Source: a virus. Taken from it: a stretch of DNA of 64,000 nucleotides. The notes below the pieces were generated by a model. The model did not search any database, was not told the DNA's origin, and saw only the letters and a program-made list of their open reading frames with translations. The stretch's first letter is position 1, and every line of letters begins with the position of its first letter. Positions 34,044-43,694 of this stretch are shown piece by piece. The position numbers and the translations under genes are program-made. The stretch is from the IMG/VR virus record IMGVR_UViG_3300010370_000028, positions 1-64,000 of that record; one strand, given 5' to 3'.

Positions 34044-35618
34044 ATGAAGTATAAATACACCACAAAATTTGAAGCCCCAATATATTCTTGCGCGATTGGT
34101 GATGAAACATTTATTTCTAAAGCGTCTTTAGAGAATTTAAAACCATTAATTCCACAAGATATAGATTTCTCAGAAAATATTGATTTGCTTGCTGTTGCTT
34201 TTAATGCTGCTGTAGTAAATAAATTCAATAAAAATGATGATGGCATGGATACAGAAACTGCCACGAGGGTAGTTAAAAACTTTATTCATAAACCAACAAA
34301 TATTGAACATGAAAAAAGCAAAATTGTAGGACATATCGTATCTGCTGGATTTAGCGAATATGGTAATGACAACAAAATGCTTTCAGTTGAAGAGATTAAA
34401 GATCGTTTAGATCCATTTAATATTTCCCTTGGAGCAGTTGTTTATAAATATGCAAACAAAGATTTTGCGAAGTTAATAGAAAGGTCTGTAGATCCAGAAG
34501 ATTCTTTATATCAACATATATCTACAAGTTGGGAAGTTGGTTTTAGTGATTATGTAATTGCCGTTGGCGGTAATGATTTAAAAGATGCAGAGATTATTAA
34601 GAACCCAAAACATTTTGAAGAAATGAGAGCTAAACTTAGAGCTTATGGTGGTTCTGGTAAATTAGATGATGGATCAAAAGTTTATAGATTATTAAGAGGT
34701 GATATTTATCCTCTTGGTATTGGGTTTACAACTACTCCTGCCGCAGATGTTAAGGGTCTTTATTCTTCACAAGATGATTCTACTAACGTAGAAATAAAAG
34801 ATAAAAGAGATAAAAAAACATACTTTCAAATTAAAAAACCTGAATTAACTGAAAAAGTTGAGTCAAAAATTTCACAAAATAAAAATATTAATGTAAAAAA
34901 CAAAAAAGAAATCATTATGGATATTGAACAAGTACTTTCCGAATTGAAGGATCTTCTCATTGAAAAGAAATTTTCTGAAGAAGCAGTTGCTAATATGACC
35001 AGCACATTTGCTGATGCTATTAAGCAAAAAGATACAGAATACCGCGAATCTCTTACTAAAGCTGATGAAGAAAAAGAAGCTTTAGCAAAAGAGAGAGAAG
35101 AACTCAAGGCTTCTATGGAAGAAGTTCGCAAGCAACTTGCTGATGCAAGTGAAAAGCTTGCTGAATTTGAAGCTTCCAAAAAGGCTGATGAAGCACTTGC
35201 TCGTTTCAACGCTCGCATGGAATCTGTTGATCAATCATACGACCTTGATGATGAAGATCGTCAACTTTTAGCTCAAGAGTTAAAAGAAATCGGTGAAACA
35301 GAAGAAGCATTTGCTTCATTCCAAAACAAACTTTCCATCATGTGGAAGCATAAGAACAAAGAAGCTAAGGCAGCTATCGAAAAATCAATCCAAGATAAGA
35401 TTGATGAAGAAGTTGCTAAGAAACTTGCTAAAATGCAAGAGTCAAAGGCTTCAATCGAACCAGAATCAGAAGAAGAAGTAATTAAAGAGGCTATTGAAAA
35501 CTCAGAAGTTGCAGAAGCTGGAATTTCCAGTTCAAATGAAGAGTCTTCTCGCCAACCTGCTTCACTCCGTGACAAGTTCGCATCAGCTTTCAATCGTGAA
35601 AATATCATTATTTCCTAA
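34044..35618 (+). CDS. prohead protease / scaffold fusion
   Basis: N.N.DG, KP.NIEH...IVG and S.SWE motifs, then a long coiled coil. Confidence 0.7.
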   Translation: MKYKYTTKFEAPIYSCAIGDETFISKASLENLKPLIPQDIDFSENIDLLAVAFNAAVVNKFNKNDDGMDTETATRVVKNFIHKPTNIEHEKSKIVGHIVSAGFSEYGNDNKMLSVEEIKDRLDPFNISLGAVVYKYANKDFAKLIERSVDPEDSLYQHISTSWEVGFSDYVIAVGGNDLKDAEIIKNPKHFEEMRAKLRAYGGSGKLDDGSKVYRLLRGDIYPLGIGFTTTPAADVKGLYSSQDDSTNVEIKDKRDKKTYFQIKKPELTEKVESKISQNKNINVKNKKEIIMDIEQVLSELKDLLIEKKFSEEAVANMTSTFADAIKQKDTEYRESLTKADEEKEALAKEREELKASMEEVRKQLADASEKLAEFEASKKADEALARFNARMESVDQSYDLDDEDRQLLAQELKEIGETEEAFASFQNKLSIMWKHKNKEAKAAIEKSIQDKIDEEVAKKLAKMQESKASIEPESEEEVIKEAIENSEVAEAGISSSNEESSRQPASLRDKFASAFNRENIIIS

Positions 35619-35650
35619 TTAAAAAAACAATCTAACAAACAAAAAAACAT

Positions 35651-36286
35651 ATGGCACTTAGAACATTACCATTCAGACAATACAGTGACAACGATGTTAT
35701 TAACATGTTCGCTCTTGGCGATACCTATGTTAATGAAAGCGTAACTGGTTCAAGCTATGGAGATGCTGGAGTTTTCGTAACAGTTGACTCAGCAAACCTT
35801 AACCTTGATACAATTACCTATGATAGCACATACGATTCCTATCTTGGTAAAACCAATTATCCATTCGTTGGAGCTAATCAATATCCAAAGGTCAGCCTTA
35901 CAGTTAAGCCAGCCGCTTCAGGTTCAGCTTGCTTTGGTATGACACTTCGTCAAACCGCAAAATTCGACGAAAACGGCGAAAAACTCCTCTATTACCCACA
36001 AAAAGCTGAAGAGCTTATGTGCGTACTTCCAGGACAATCCGTTCCAGTTGCTACTCGCGGAGTATTCACTTTAACAAGCACAGCTTATGATGGCTCACTC
36101 ACAGTTGGTGGTGGTGTAAAACTCTCCACAACTAGCGGTAAGCTCACAGGCTGCACAGTTACCGACACCGCAAAAGTTGGTTTAGTTATTGCTACTGGCT
36201 CACGTGTTGCAGCTACAGCAATCGATCAATTCGCAGGTGCTGCTGGATCAACAGGAACCTATGCAATCATTGGTCTTGGATTATAA
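35651..36286 (+). CDS. capsid decoration/cement protein
   Basis: directly upstream of the MCP; G/T/A rich; strongly biased codons. Confidence 0.6.
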   Translation: MALRTLPFRQYSDNDVINMFALGDTYVNESVTGSSYGDAGVFVTVDSANLNLDTITYDSTYDSYLGKTNYPFVGANQYPKVSLTVKPAASGSACFGMTLRQTAKFDENGEKLLYYPQKAEELMCVLPGQSVPVATRGVFTLTSTAYDGSLTVGGGVKLSTTSGKLTGCTVTDTAKVGLVIATGSRVAATAIDQFAGAAGSTGTYAIIGLGL

Positions 36287-36315
36287 TTTAACCCCTTAAT
36301 AAAAGAAGAAAAACT

Positions 36316-37437
36316 ATGAAAATTACTTTAAAAAGAACTCCAGAACAAGTCGAGTTAATTAAGGCTATGGCTTCAAAGAACCGTGCGGTTGCAGTTGAAG
36401 CTCAGGTTGCACTTGCTGAATTCATCGGACCAGTATTGGCTGAGGTTATCAACAACGCTCCTACCCTTAGTAACTTATTCACAAGCCTTCAGTTTAATGC
36501 TGATGACAATCCAAGCATTCCGCTTGATCTCTATTATGACATCACAGCTGAAGACTATATCACTGTTTACAGCCAAAGCGTAGCTGGTGGTCTTCCACAG
36601 AACCAAGTTCTCCCAACTGTTTCTGAAATGAAGATCGCTACATATACTCTTGACTCAGCACTTAGCTTTGACAAGCGTTATGCTGCTAAGAGCCGCATGG
36701 ATGTAGTTAGCAAGACCTTTACTCGTATGGCTCAAGAAATCCTTCTTAAGCAAGAGAAGACCTCTGCTAACCTTATCCTTAGCGCACTTGCTGCTGCTCA
36801 AACAAATGGTAAGCAACACGTACAACGCGCCAATACAAATGGCCGTTTCCTTCTTGCTGACCTTAACGAACTCTTCACCCTTTCCAAGAGAATCAATACC
36901 TCATGGCTCAAGGGAACTCCAGAAGCACGTGGTGGACGTGGTATCACTGACCTCATTGTTTCTCCAGAAGTTGTTCAAGAGCTTCGTGCAATGGCTTACA
37001 ATCCAATCAACACTGTTGGAAGCAAGACTGATATTCCAGCTACCGATGAAATGAGAACAGCTGTTTATAACAACGCAGGTATTCCTGAGTTTTATGGAGT
37101 TGCTATCATGGAAATCAATGAGCTTGGCCGTGGTCAGCGTTTCAACACAATCTTTGATAACGTTTCTTCACAAAGCTACACAACCGCCGCTGGTGGCAGC
37201 TCCGCTGCATTCAATGGTGCTAATGAAGAAATCATCATTGGTCTTGACCGTGGACGTGAGTCCCTTATCCGTGCAGTTGCCGTTGATTCTGAGAATGGTT
37301 CTGAATTCAGCCTTACCGCTGATGACCAGTACAGCATCCGTCAGAACAAGATCGGTTACTTCGGTTCACTTGAAGAAGGACGTATGGTTCTTGACAATCG
37401 CGCTCTCGTTGGCAAGATTGTTTCTGGCCTCGCTTAA
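36316..37437 (+). CDS. major capsid protein
   Basis: position, size, strong codon bias, D(L)IVSPE and G....G..I motifs, followed by a terminator. Confidence 0.8.
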   Translation: MKITLKRTPEQVELIKAMASKNRAVAVEAQVALAEFIGPVLAEVINNAPTLSNLFTSLQFNADDNPSIPLDLYYDITAEDYITVYSQSVAGGLPQNQVLPTVSEMKIATYTLDSALSFDKRYAAKSRMDVVSKTFTRMAQEILLKQEKTSANLILSALAAAQTNGKQHVQRANTNGRFLLADLNELFTLSKRINTSWLKGTPEARGGRGITDLIVSPEVVQELRAMAYNPINTVGSKTDIPATDEMRTAVYNNAGIPEFYGVAIMEINELGRGQRFNTIFDNVSSQSYTTAAGGSSAAFNGANEEIIIGLDRGRESLIRAVAVDSENGSEFSLTADDQYSIRQNKIGYFGSLEEGRMVLDNRALVGKIVSGLA

Positions 37438-37453
37438 TTCAAGCTATAAATTT

Positions 37454-37487
37454 AAGAGTCACCCTGAAAGGGGTGACTCTTTTTTTT
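37454..37487 (+). terminator. intrinsic terminator after the MCP
   Basis: AAGAGTCACCC-TGAAAG-GGGTGACTCTT followed by a T run. Confidence 0.85.
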
Positions 37488-37521
37488 GTTTAAATTTCCA
37501 GTATTAATGGTATAATATAGT

Positions 37522-37974
37522 ATGGCTAGAAAAAAGAAAATTGAAATTACTAATGGCTTGGAACAAGTAAACGATGTAGCTGTTGGTTCAACAGAAAAGA
37601 AAACATTAGTTCAAGAAATAGATGAAATGAGAGCTTCTGGTAAGGTGGGAACTCCAGAATTTGTTGGTAAAATGAGGGAACTTGAGATCCTATTGGGAGT
37701 ATCAGAGATTAGTCCATTTGGTACAAATGAACTTGAAGTATTTGAAGCGAATTTAAGAGAAATGTCTCTATCTGAAATGCAAAAGGTTGCCCAAAAGGTT
37801 GGGCTTAATCCGTTTCACGACCAAGTAACATTAAAAAATATTTTAATTAAAGAGTTTAAAGCATCCACGAGAAATAGCCGCAGAAACATTATGCCTACCA
37901 TGATGGAGAGCTTTAAAATTGATCCAAATAATCCAAAACACAAGGAATTACTTAAAATACTTAATGATATTTAA
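37522..37974 (+). CDS. hypothetical protein
   Basis: ORF; TGGTATAAT box immediately upstream. Confidence 0.7.
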   Translation: MARKKKIEITNGLEQVNDVAVGSTEKKTLVQEIDEMRASGKVGTPEFVGKMRELEILLGVSEISPFGTNELEVFEANLREMSLSEMQKVAQKVGLNPFHDQVTLKNILIKEFKASTRNSRRNIMPTMMESFKIDPNNPKHKELLKILNDI

Positions 37975-37988
37975 GTGTAATATAAAGT

Positions 37989-38450
37989 ATGAGTGTAATT
38001 GCGGACTTATCTTTAAAAATATTTCAGACAGAATTTGATAGTGATACTGGCATTATGCCACGTTCTCATATCTCAGGATGGTTAGATGCTAACCTTGGAC
38101 AATTAAATACATTATTAAATACTTCTTATAGTGGTTCAGATGCAGAGCTTGATTTAGAATCTCAAGCTATTTATAAAGAGCTATATTTAGCTAGTTATTA
38201 TAGAAAGCAATCTAGAAACGCATTAAGGGGTTTGGTTGATTCTAATGGTGGTGGTGGAGACATATTGAGCCTTAGAGATGGCAATAGCTCTGTTACATTC
38301 ACCAATAAAAATGAAGTGGCAAAGGTCTATAAAAGCATGGCTGATGACGCTGAAGTGCGTTTAAATCAACTTGTTGCAAAGTATAATATATATCAATCAC
38401 AACCGCTTCAATTGGGTGGTATTGAAACTAATTTAGATATTTATTATTGA
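37989..38450 (+). CDS. putative head-tail adaptor
   Basis: size and position; helical N-terminus plus S.RDG..SV.F strand motif. Confidence 0.5.
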   Translation: MSVIADLSLKIFQTEFDSDTGIMPRSHISGWLDANLGQLNTLLNTSYSGSDAELDLESQAIYKELYLASYYRKQSRNALRGLVDSNGGGGDILSLRDGNSSVTFTNKNEVAKVYKSMADDAEVRLNQLVAKYNIYQSQPLQLGGIETNLDIYY

Positions 38451-38471
38451 TTTTTTATTTAAATTTATATA

Positions 38472-38504
38472 TAAAAAAAGAGGCTGATTTCTCAGCCTCT
38501 TTTT
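38472..38504. terminator. bidirectional terminator
   Basis: AAAAAGAGGCTGA-TTTC-TCAGCCTCTTTTT between convergent genes. Confidence 0.85.
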
Positions 38505-38531
38505 ATTTATTAGGGTTTTATATTAGCTGTA

Positions 38532-39632
38532 TTAGCTAAAGATTGTGTTAGTGAAACTACCGCTCATTTGGATACCATTTGAAGTATCGTTAGCGCCACC
38601 GATTTGAGTAGTGAATGTTAAGTCAACTGTTTTATTAGCACCAATTGAGCTTGAAAGACCAAGTGAATCAAGTTGAGCGCGTTTTACAGTATATTTAACG
38701 GCTGGAGTTGATGTACCTGGCTTATTAACAGTAATTGTGATATCTTGTTTTGGATTAGCTTCAACAAGATCAACAAGGCTTCCTTGGCTTGTTTCACTTT
38801 GTACACCATTAACAGTAAGAGTTGCTGTAATTGGGAAGTCAACAGTACGAACGAATGCAAATTTTGAACCAAGTCTTTCAATTGGAGTACGTCCAAGTGG
38901 AAGAGAAAGGCTTGCGCTTTGTAAGTGAAGCTGACTTAATTCTGTTGCACCACCAACACCAGTTCCAGTAAAGCTACCAAACGAAATGGTAACATCTCCT
39001 GGACGTAAGGCATTAACAATGTTAGTTCCAGTATTACCATTTGGATTGGCGAGAAGAATTGAGGTTCCAACTTTAGTTCCATCTGCTTGGTTGATTGCTG
39101 CGTTAGTACCACTGTTTGTTCCAGAAATTGTGAAAGCATTCATATTTGAACCTTCCATTGAAGCTGAAACAGTTGGAATATTTCCTACTGATAAGTCAAC
39201 GGTATAATCAGTAAGGTAAGCGTTACCAATACCGATTACAGATTTTCCAGCAAGACTAGATTCTGAATTTAAGTCTGCACCTTCGCTTGTGGTTACGATG
39301 TAAAAGTTTTGACCGCTTCCGTCTGTTAATTGTCCAGATGGGAATTGGCTTGCAGCTTGACTTCCAGTTGAGACGTAGAATCCAAGAGCGGATTCGTTGG
39401 CTCCATCTGTTAAATAGTATGAAAAGTCAAGGGAAACTGTTGGTGATTCAAGAACGATTGAGTCAATACGAGCCAATTCACCGAATTGGTTAACATCTTG
39501 ACGAGCAATGTTGAAATTATAGTTTGCGCTCTGAACTCTGTCTAATTGATAGTGCTTACCACTTGCTGTTGAAGTAGCTTGTTGACTAACATAAAGACCT
39601 TCTGATTGATAAATTACTCTGTTTCTAGGCAT
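38532..39632 (-). CDS. major tail tube protein
   Basis: RVQS.N......R.DV..FG motif; S/T/G-rich beta protein; biased codons; next to neck genes. Confidence 0.65.
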   Translation of the reverse strand: MPRNRVIYQSEGLYVSQQATSTASGKHYQLDRVQSANYNFNIARQDVNQFGELARIDSIVLESPTVSLDFSYYLTDGANESALGFYVSTGSQAASQFPSGQLTDGSGQNFYIVTTSEGADLNSESSLAGKSVIGIGNAYLTDYTVDLSVGNIPTVSASMEGSNMNAFTISGTNSGTNAAINQADGTKVGTSILLANPNGNTGTNIVNALRPGDVTISFGSFTGTGVGGATELSQLHLQSASLSLPLGRTPIERLGSKFAFVRTVDFPITATLTVNGVQSETSQGSLVDLVEANPKQDITITVNKPGTSTPAVKYTVKRAQLDSLGLSSSIGANKTVDLTFTTQIGGANDTSNGIQMSGSFTNTIFS

Positions 39633-39684
39633 AATATTTAGTTTATTAGTTTTACATTTTAATTTTTAAAATGAGAAATTATTT

Positions 39685-40533
39685 TTAGGATCTAGGATAT
39701 CTTTGCTGATGCATCTCAAAATCAATGAATCCAATATATAAATCATTAGCTAAAGTTTTGCGAGCTTTGTCTGTTAATTTAGAGGTAACAACTTCTTCGA
39801 CAAAGAATAATGGGTTATTTTGATTTTCATTTTTTAATGTTTCATATGAATATGAGCCATTTTTAAGATCACCATATTCTGTTAATGGGTGTCCAGTAAA
39901 TGGTATATTCGTAATTACTTCGTTTTGAGAATCTGCAAAAATTGATAATACTCCATCTAATTGATAGGCATTTTCAGCCATAACAACAGCTTTCATGGAT
40001 ATTTTTGTAGTATCTTCGCCGCCGAAAGCAAATGGTTGGTTATTAATTGATTGGCTAGATAAGAATATAGCTGGAACAACCTGATCGTATGGTTGCACAT
40101 AGCTTTGAGTAGAACTGAAAACTCTTGGATTTGAGTTGTATTTTTTGTCAACCAAAAGATCTTCTTCGCCTTCATTAGTAAAGTATATATTAAAATCTTT
40201 TACTGCAAAACTTCCTGTTATATTAGCTGTATTAGCAGCTCCACTAACTAAAGCTCTACCATTTTCAAAATCAAGCATTAAATTATTACTGCGAGAAGTA
40301 AATGTATTGTTAATCCATACCCCACTTGGCACATCAGCTCCAGCAATAGAACTATCAGTTACCCATTGTTTATATGGGCTTCCAAAGGCTTTATATCTAC
40401 CATCAAGACGATCATCTGCATAATAGTAGAATTTACCAGTTTTATTTGAATAAGCTTGCCCTTTCTTTAGTAAGTAATTATCAAACCAAAGAAAAAATGA
40501 AGTAGTTGCCCTATGTTGGAATTGTTCGATCAT
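39685..40533 (-). CDS. putative tail terminator/completion protein
   Basis: position; PAIF.......PF.FGG motif. Confidence 0.45.
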   Translation of the reverse strand: MIEQFQHRATTSFFLWFDNYLLKKGQAYSNKTGKFYYYADDRLDGRYKAFGSPYKQWVTDSSIAGADVPSGVWINNTFTSRSNNLMLDFENGRALVSGAANTANITGSFAVKDFNIYFTNEGEEDLLVDKKYNSNPRVFSSTQSYVQPYDQVVPAIFLSSQSINNQPFAFGGEDTTKISMKAVVMAENAYQLDGVLSIFADSQNEVITNIPFTGHPLTEYGDLKNGSYSYETLKNENQNNPLFFVEEVVTSKLTDKARKTLANDLYIGFIDFEMHQQRYPRS

Positions 40534-41110
40534 ATAAATTAGTTATTTGTTTTTTGTATTTTGTTAATAATGCTGATATATATTTAGTATTTTTAAATTT
40601 GCCTACATTTATTTTACCATCTACCTGAACAGCTTCTCCAGATCTACTTTTAGGACTATCTATAAATAAATAGTATCCTAAACCAGATATACCAGATTCT
40701 ATTCCTTTTGCCCAACTACGACCAGTTGCCCACGGCATTGGGGTTACAGCAAATATATCTTTTGGTTCTGGGAAATTAATAGTAAATAAACTGCCAGAAT
40801 CTATATTTTTGGTAAAATATACTTCCATTGATTCAAATATATTTAATATATCTTTGATTGGATCTGTTCCATCAAAAAATCCAATAAATGAAAATAAGTT
40901 TCCTTGACCACCAAGAGTACCACTTGTATTGGATGCATTAGGTCCGTCTTGAATTTCTTTTGTAACAGGATGATTTAAAAATTCTTGAATTAATTGATTT
41001 TTAATTATTAAAAATTCTTTTCTCACTATCATTTCAAATTCTTTTCTAAGTAATTTTGGTGATTGTGAGTTAATTATTTTCTGAACATCTGCTGGAAGTC
41101 GTTTCGCCAT
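40511..41110 (-). CDS. putative neck protein
   Basis: position; GNL.SFIG and W...IE.G motifs. Confidence 0.45.
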   Translation of the reverse strand: MAKRLPADVQKIINSQSPKLLRKEFEMIVRKEFLIIKNQLIQEFLNHPVTKEIQDGPNASNTSGTLGGQGNLFSFIGFFDGTDPIKDILNIFESMEVYFTKNIDSGSLFTINFPEPKDIFAVTPMPWATGRSWAKGIESGISGLGYYLFIDSPKSRSGEAVQVDGKINVGKFKNTKYISALLTKYKKQITNLYDRTIPT

Positions 41111-41568
41111 TATTCATCAATTGGTGTTAAAAAGAATTCATAGTATTGATTTGAAAATAATCCCATTGGATTACCATCACTTCTAATTGAGAAAGTTATA
41201 CCGTCAAATTCTACTTTTCTAGCTTCTTTAATATAATTATAACCATCTGGATCTACTACAATTTTAACAGAACCTTGGGGCATTATAATTTTATTTTGGG
41301 AGCCTTTATTAGAAGAACTATCAGCAAAATGTTCTTCTTCTAATTTTAAATAATAAATTCTCGCCATAAATGTAGAAGATACAGTTTCGTATTCTACGCT
41401 TGTAGTCGCTCCAATATTTCCATAAATTGAATTATACTGAGGAGAGCTGGATATAGCTATCTTTTTGGCATTTTTATATACTGTGATTTCTCTAGAGAAT
41501 GTATCATGCAAATCAGCTAAAGCTGAAATGACTTTATTTTGTCTAGATAAATTAATTAAGCTTGGCAT
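41110..41568 (-). CDS. putative head-closure (stopper) protein
   Basis: size, beta-rich, position; GTGTAA motif upstream. Confidence 0.5.
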   Translation of the reverse strand: MPSLINLSRQNKVISALADLHDTFSREITVYKNAKKIAISSSPQYNSIYGNIGATTSVEYETVSSTFMARIYYLKLEEEHFADSSSNKGSQNKIIMPQGSVKIVVDPDGYNYIKEARKVEFDGITFSIRSDGNPMGLFSNQYYEFFLTPIDE

Positions 41569-41613
41569 ATTGAAATTTACACTTTTTTATTTATTATTTA
41601 TTAAGGTATAAGG

Positions 41614-41901
41614 ATGAATGCTAAAAATTCTTTAGAAAAAAAGTCAAAACAGTCAATTACGGCTATTTTTAAACAGATGTTAATGATGATCGAGGATATG
41701 AAACAAGATCACGACTATCATTATAAAAAATTATATGATAATATTCCAGAAGAATATCACTCCGTAATTTCAGCTGCAAATCATTTTGACGAATCAAAAT
41801 TGGCTTATATTCGCAAAAGAATATTAGATCAGGGAAATGAGTGTTTAAGGAATTTTTCTGATGAAATTAATAATTATACTGTAAGTTTTGTTTTTAAATA
41901 A
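41614..41901 (+). CDS. hypothetical protein
   Basis: ORF. Confidence 0.7.
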   Translation: MNAKNSLEKKSKQSITAIFKQMLMMIEDMKQDHDYHYKKLYDNIPEEYHSVISAANHFDESKLAYIRKRILDQGNECLRNFSDEINNYTVSFVFK

Positions 41902-41918
41902 TATAATAGAAAAATAAT

Positions 41919-42674
41919 ATGGAATTCAAAGAATTATATAGTTTCACAGTCGATAAGGAAGTAGAGAAAACAATTGAATCTACTAAAAAGGATAAGAAAA
42001 CAGGGGAAGAAATTACTACCAAGAAAAAGGTAAAGGAAAAAGTACCCGTTTCAATTCGTTTAAAAAGACCTTCACGCAGAGAATTGGAAGAAGCTGAATT
42101 AGAGTTCAGTGTTGAAATGAGTCGCTGCGTTAAAAAGGGTATTTTAACAAAAGCTATGCTTGCCAAAAAGTATAGTGACACTGGTGGCTTGATGAGTGAA
42201 GATGCCGCTGGTTCATTAGTCGATGCTTATAAAAAGATTTTTGATTTACAAAATGAATATTCCCGTCTTGAAATTATTCAAGATAAATCTGATAAACAAA
42301 AGACTAGGGTTGAAGAAATTACAAAAGAACTCGCCGCAACTCGCCGTGAAATTGTAGAATTTGAATCAAACTATCAATCTCTTTTCGATCATACTGCTGA
42401 TGTTAAAGCTCAGAATCGTTTGATTTTATGGTATGTTATCATGCTTACTTATATTCAAGAAGAAGAAGATGAAAATCCAAAACCATATTTCGGGGCTGGT
42501 GATTTTGATCAAAAAATTGAAGAATATTATAAAAGAGAAGAATCTGATGATAGTCTTTATTTTTTAATTACTAAGAAGGCTGCGACTATTTTAGCTTTCT
42601 GGTTCTTTAATCAAGCTTCCGACAAAGAATCATTTGATGGTTTAATGGAGAAACTTGAAAAGAATGAAGTGTGA
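41919..42674 (+). CDS. putative tail assembly chaperone
   Basis: upstream of the tape measure; LKRPSR motif; coiled coil. Confidence 0.5.
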   Translation: MEFKELYSFTVDKEVEKTIESTKKDKKTGEEITTKKKVKEKVPVSIRLKRPSRRELEEAELEFSVEMSRCVKKGILTKAMLAKKYSDTGGLMSEDAAGSLVDAYKKIFDLQNEYSRLEIIQDKSDKQKTRVEEITKELAATRREIVEFESNYQSLFDHTADVKAQNRLILWYVIMLTYIQEEEDENPKPYFGAGDFDQKIEEYYKREESDDSLYFLITKKAATILAFWFFNQASDKESFDGLMEKLEKNEV

Positions 42675-43657
42675 GTGAAGAAGAATATATAGCCATTGTT
42701 GGTGAAATATTTGATGGGTATACTGAGTTTTACTTTAAAGGTGAACCAGTATACCTAAAACATTTTTCTATTAGAGATCAAAGGTATATTCATAAATACT
42801 ATAATAAATATAAAAACATTGCAGTTAATAAGGGTATACCAACTGAGGAAGAAGCTTTAAAGCGATTAAAAGAAGATGATTTGTGGTCTAATGATGATGA
42901 TTATAAAATATCATCTTTAGAACTTGAAGTCGATAATTTAAAAGACTCTTTATTAAATACTATTCTTCCTTCACAAAAAAAAGCTTTACAAGAAACAATA
43001 AACGAGAGGCAAAAAGAGTTAAATATTTTAAAAATTAAAAGAAAAGAAGTGGTTGGTACTACTGCCGAAGATTTTGCTAATTCTAGAGCTAATGAAGAGT
43101 TTATTAGATATATTTTATTTAAAGACCAAGAATTAAAACAACATTTATTTACTGAAGAAGAGTTTGGAAATTTAGATGATAAAGACATCACCGCTTTGAT
43201 TAAACAAAACTCAAGTTGTTCTAGTAGATTAAATGAAGAATTAATTCAAGAAAGTGTATTAAGAGATTTTTTTAATATGTATCTTTCTCAAACTGAAGAT
43301 GTTTCATCTTTTTATGGAAAACCAATTATACATCTTTCTGTTTATCAACTAAAGTTAGCATTATATGCTAGAGTATTTTATAATATATTCCAATATAATG
43401 ACGATATTCCAAATGGAATTAAAAAAGATCCATCTGCTTTATTAAGATTTGCAGAAAGTAAACGTAGCGGTGGTAACAATAAAGTTTTATCAAAGATAAA
43501 AGATAAAGATTCTGGAGCAACAACTCTTTTTGGTGCAACAAAAGAAGATTTGCAAGAGGTAATACCAGATGCACCAACGATTTCATTATCAGATCATATT
43601 AAAAATAGTGGAGGTACTTTAAGTATGGATGATATGATTAAATTAATGGGAGAATAG
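42671..43657 (+). CDS. putative tail assembly chaperone 2
   Basis: GTGA overlap; immediately precedes the tape measure. Confidence 0.45.
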   Translation: MSEEEYIAIVGEIFDGYTEFYFKGEPVYLKHFSIRDQRYIHKYYNKYKNIAVNKGIPTEEEALKRLKEDDLWSNDDDYKISSLELEVDNLKDSLLNTILPSQKKALQETINERQKELNILKIKRKEVVGTTAEDFANSRANEEFIRYILFKDQELKQHLFTEEEFGNLDDKDITALIKQNSSCSSRLNEELIQESVLRDFFNMYLSQTEDVSSFYGKPIIHLSVYQLKLALYARVFYNIFQYNDDIPNGIKKDPSALLRFAESKRSGGNNKVLSKIKDKDSGATTLFGATKEDLQEVIPDAPTISLSDHIKNSGGTLSMDDMIKLMGE

Positions 43658-43694
43658 TATTTTTTATGTGTAAATATTCCTAAAGGAATAAGGA

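Noticed and set aside
42600-42700. Programmed frameshift between the tail chaperone genes
   Set aside because: No clear XXXYYYZ slippery site near the end of 41919-42674; a simple GTGA overlap explains the junction
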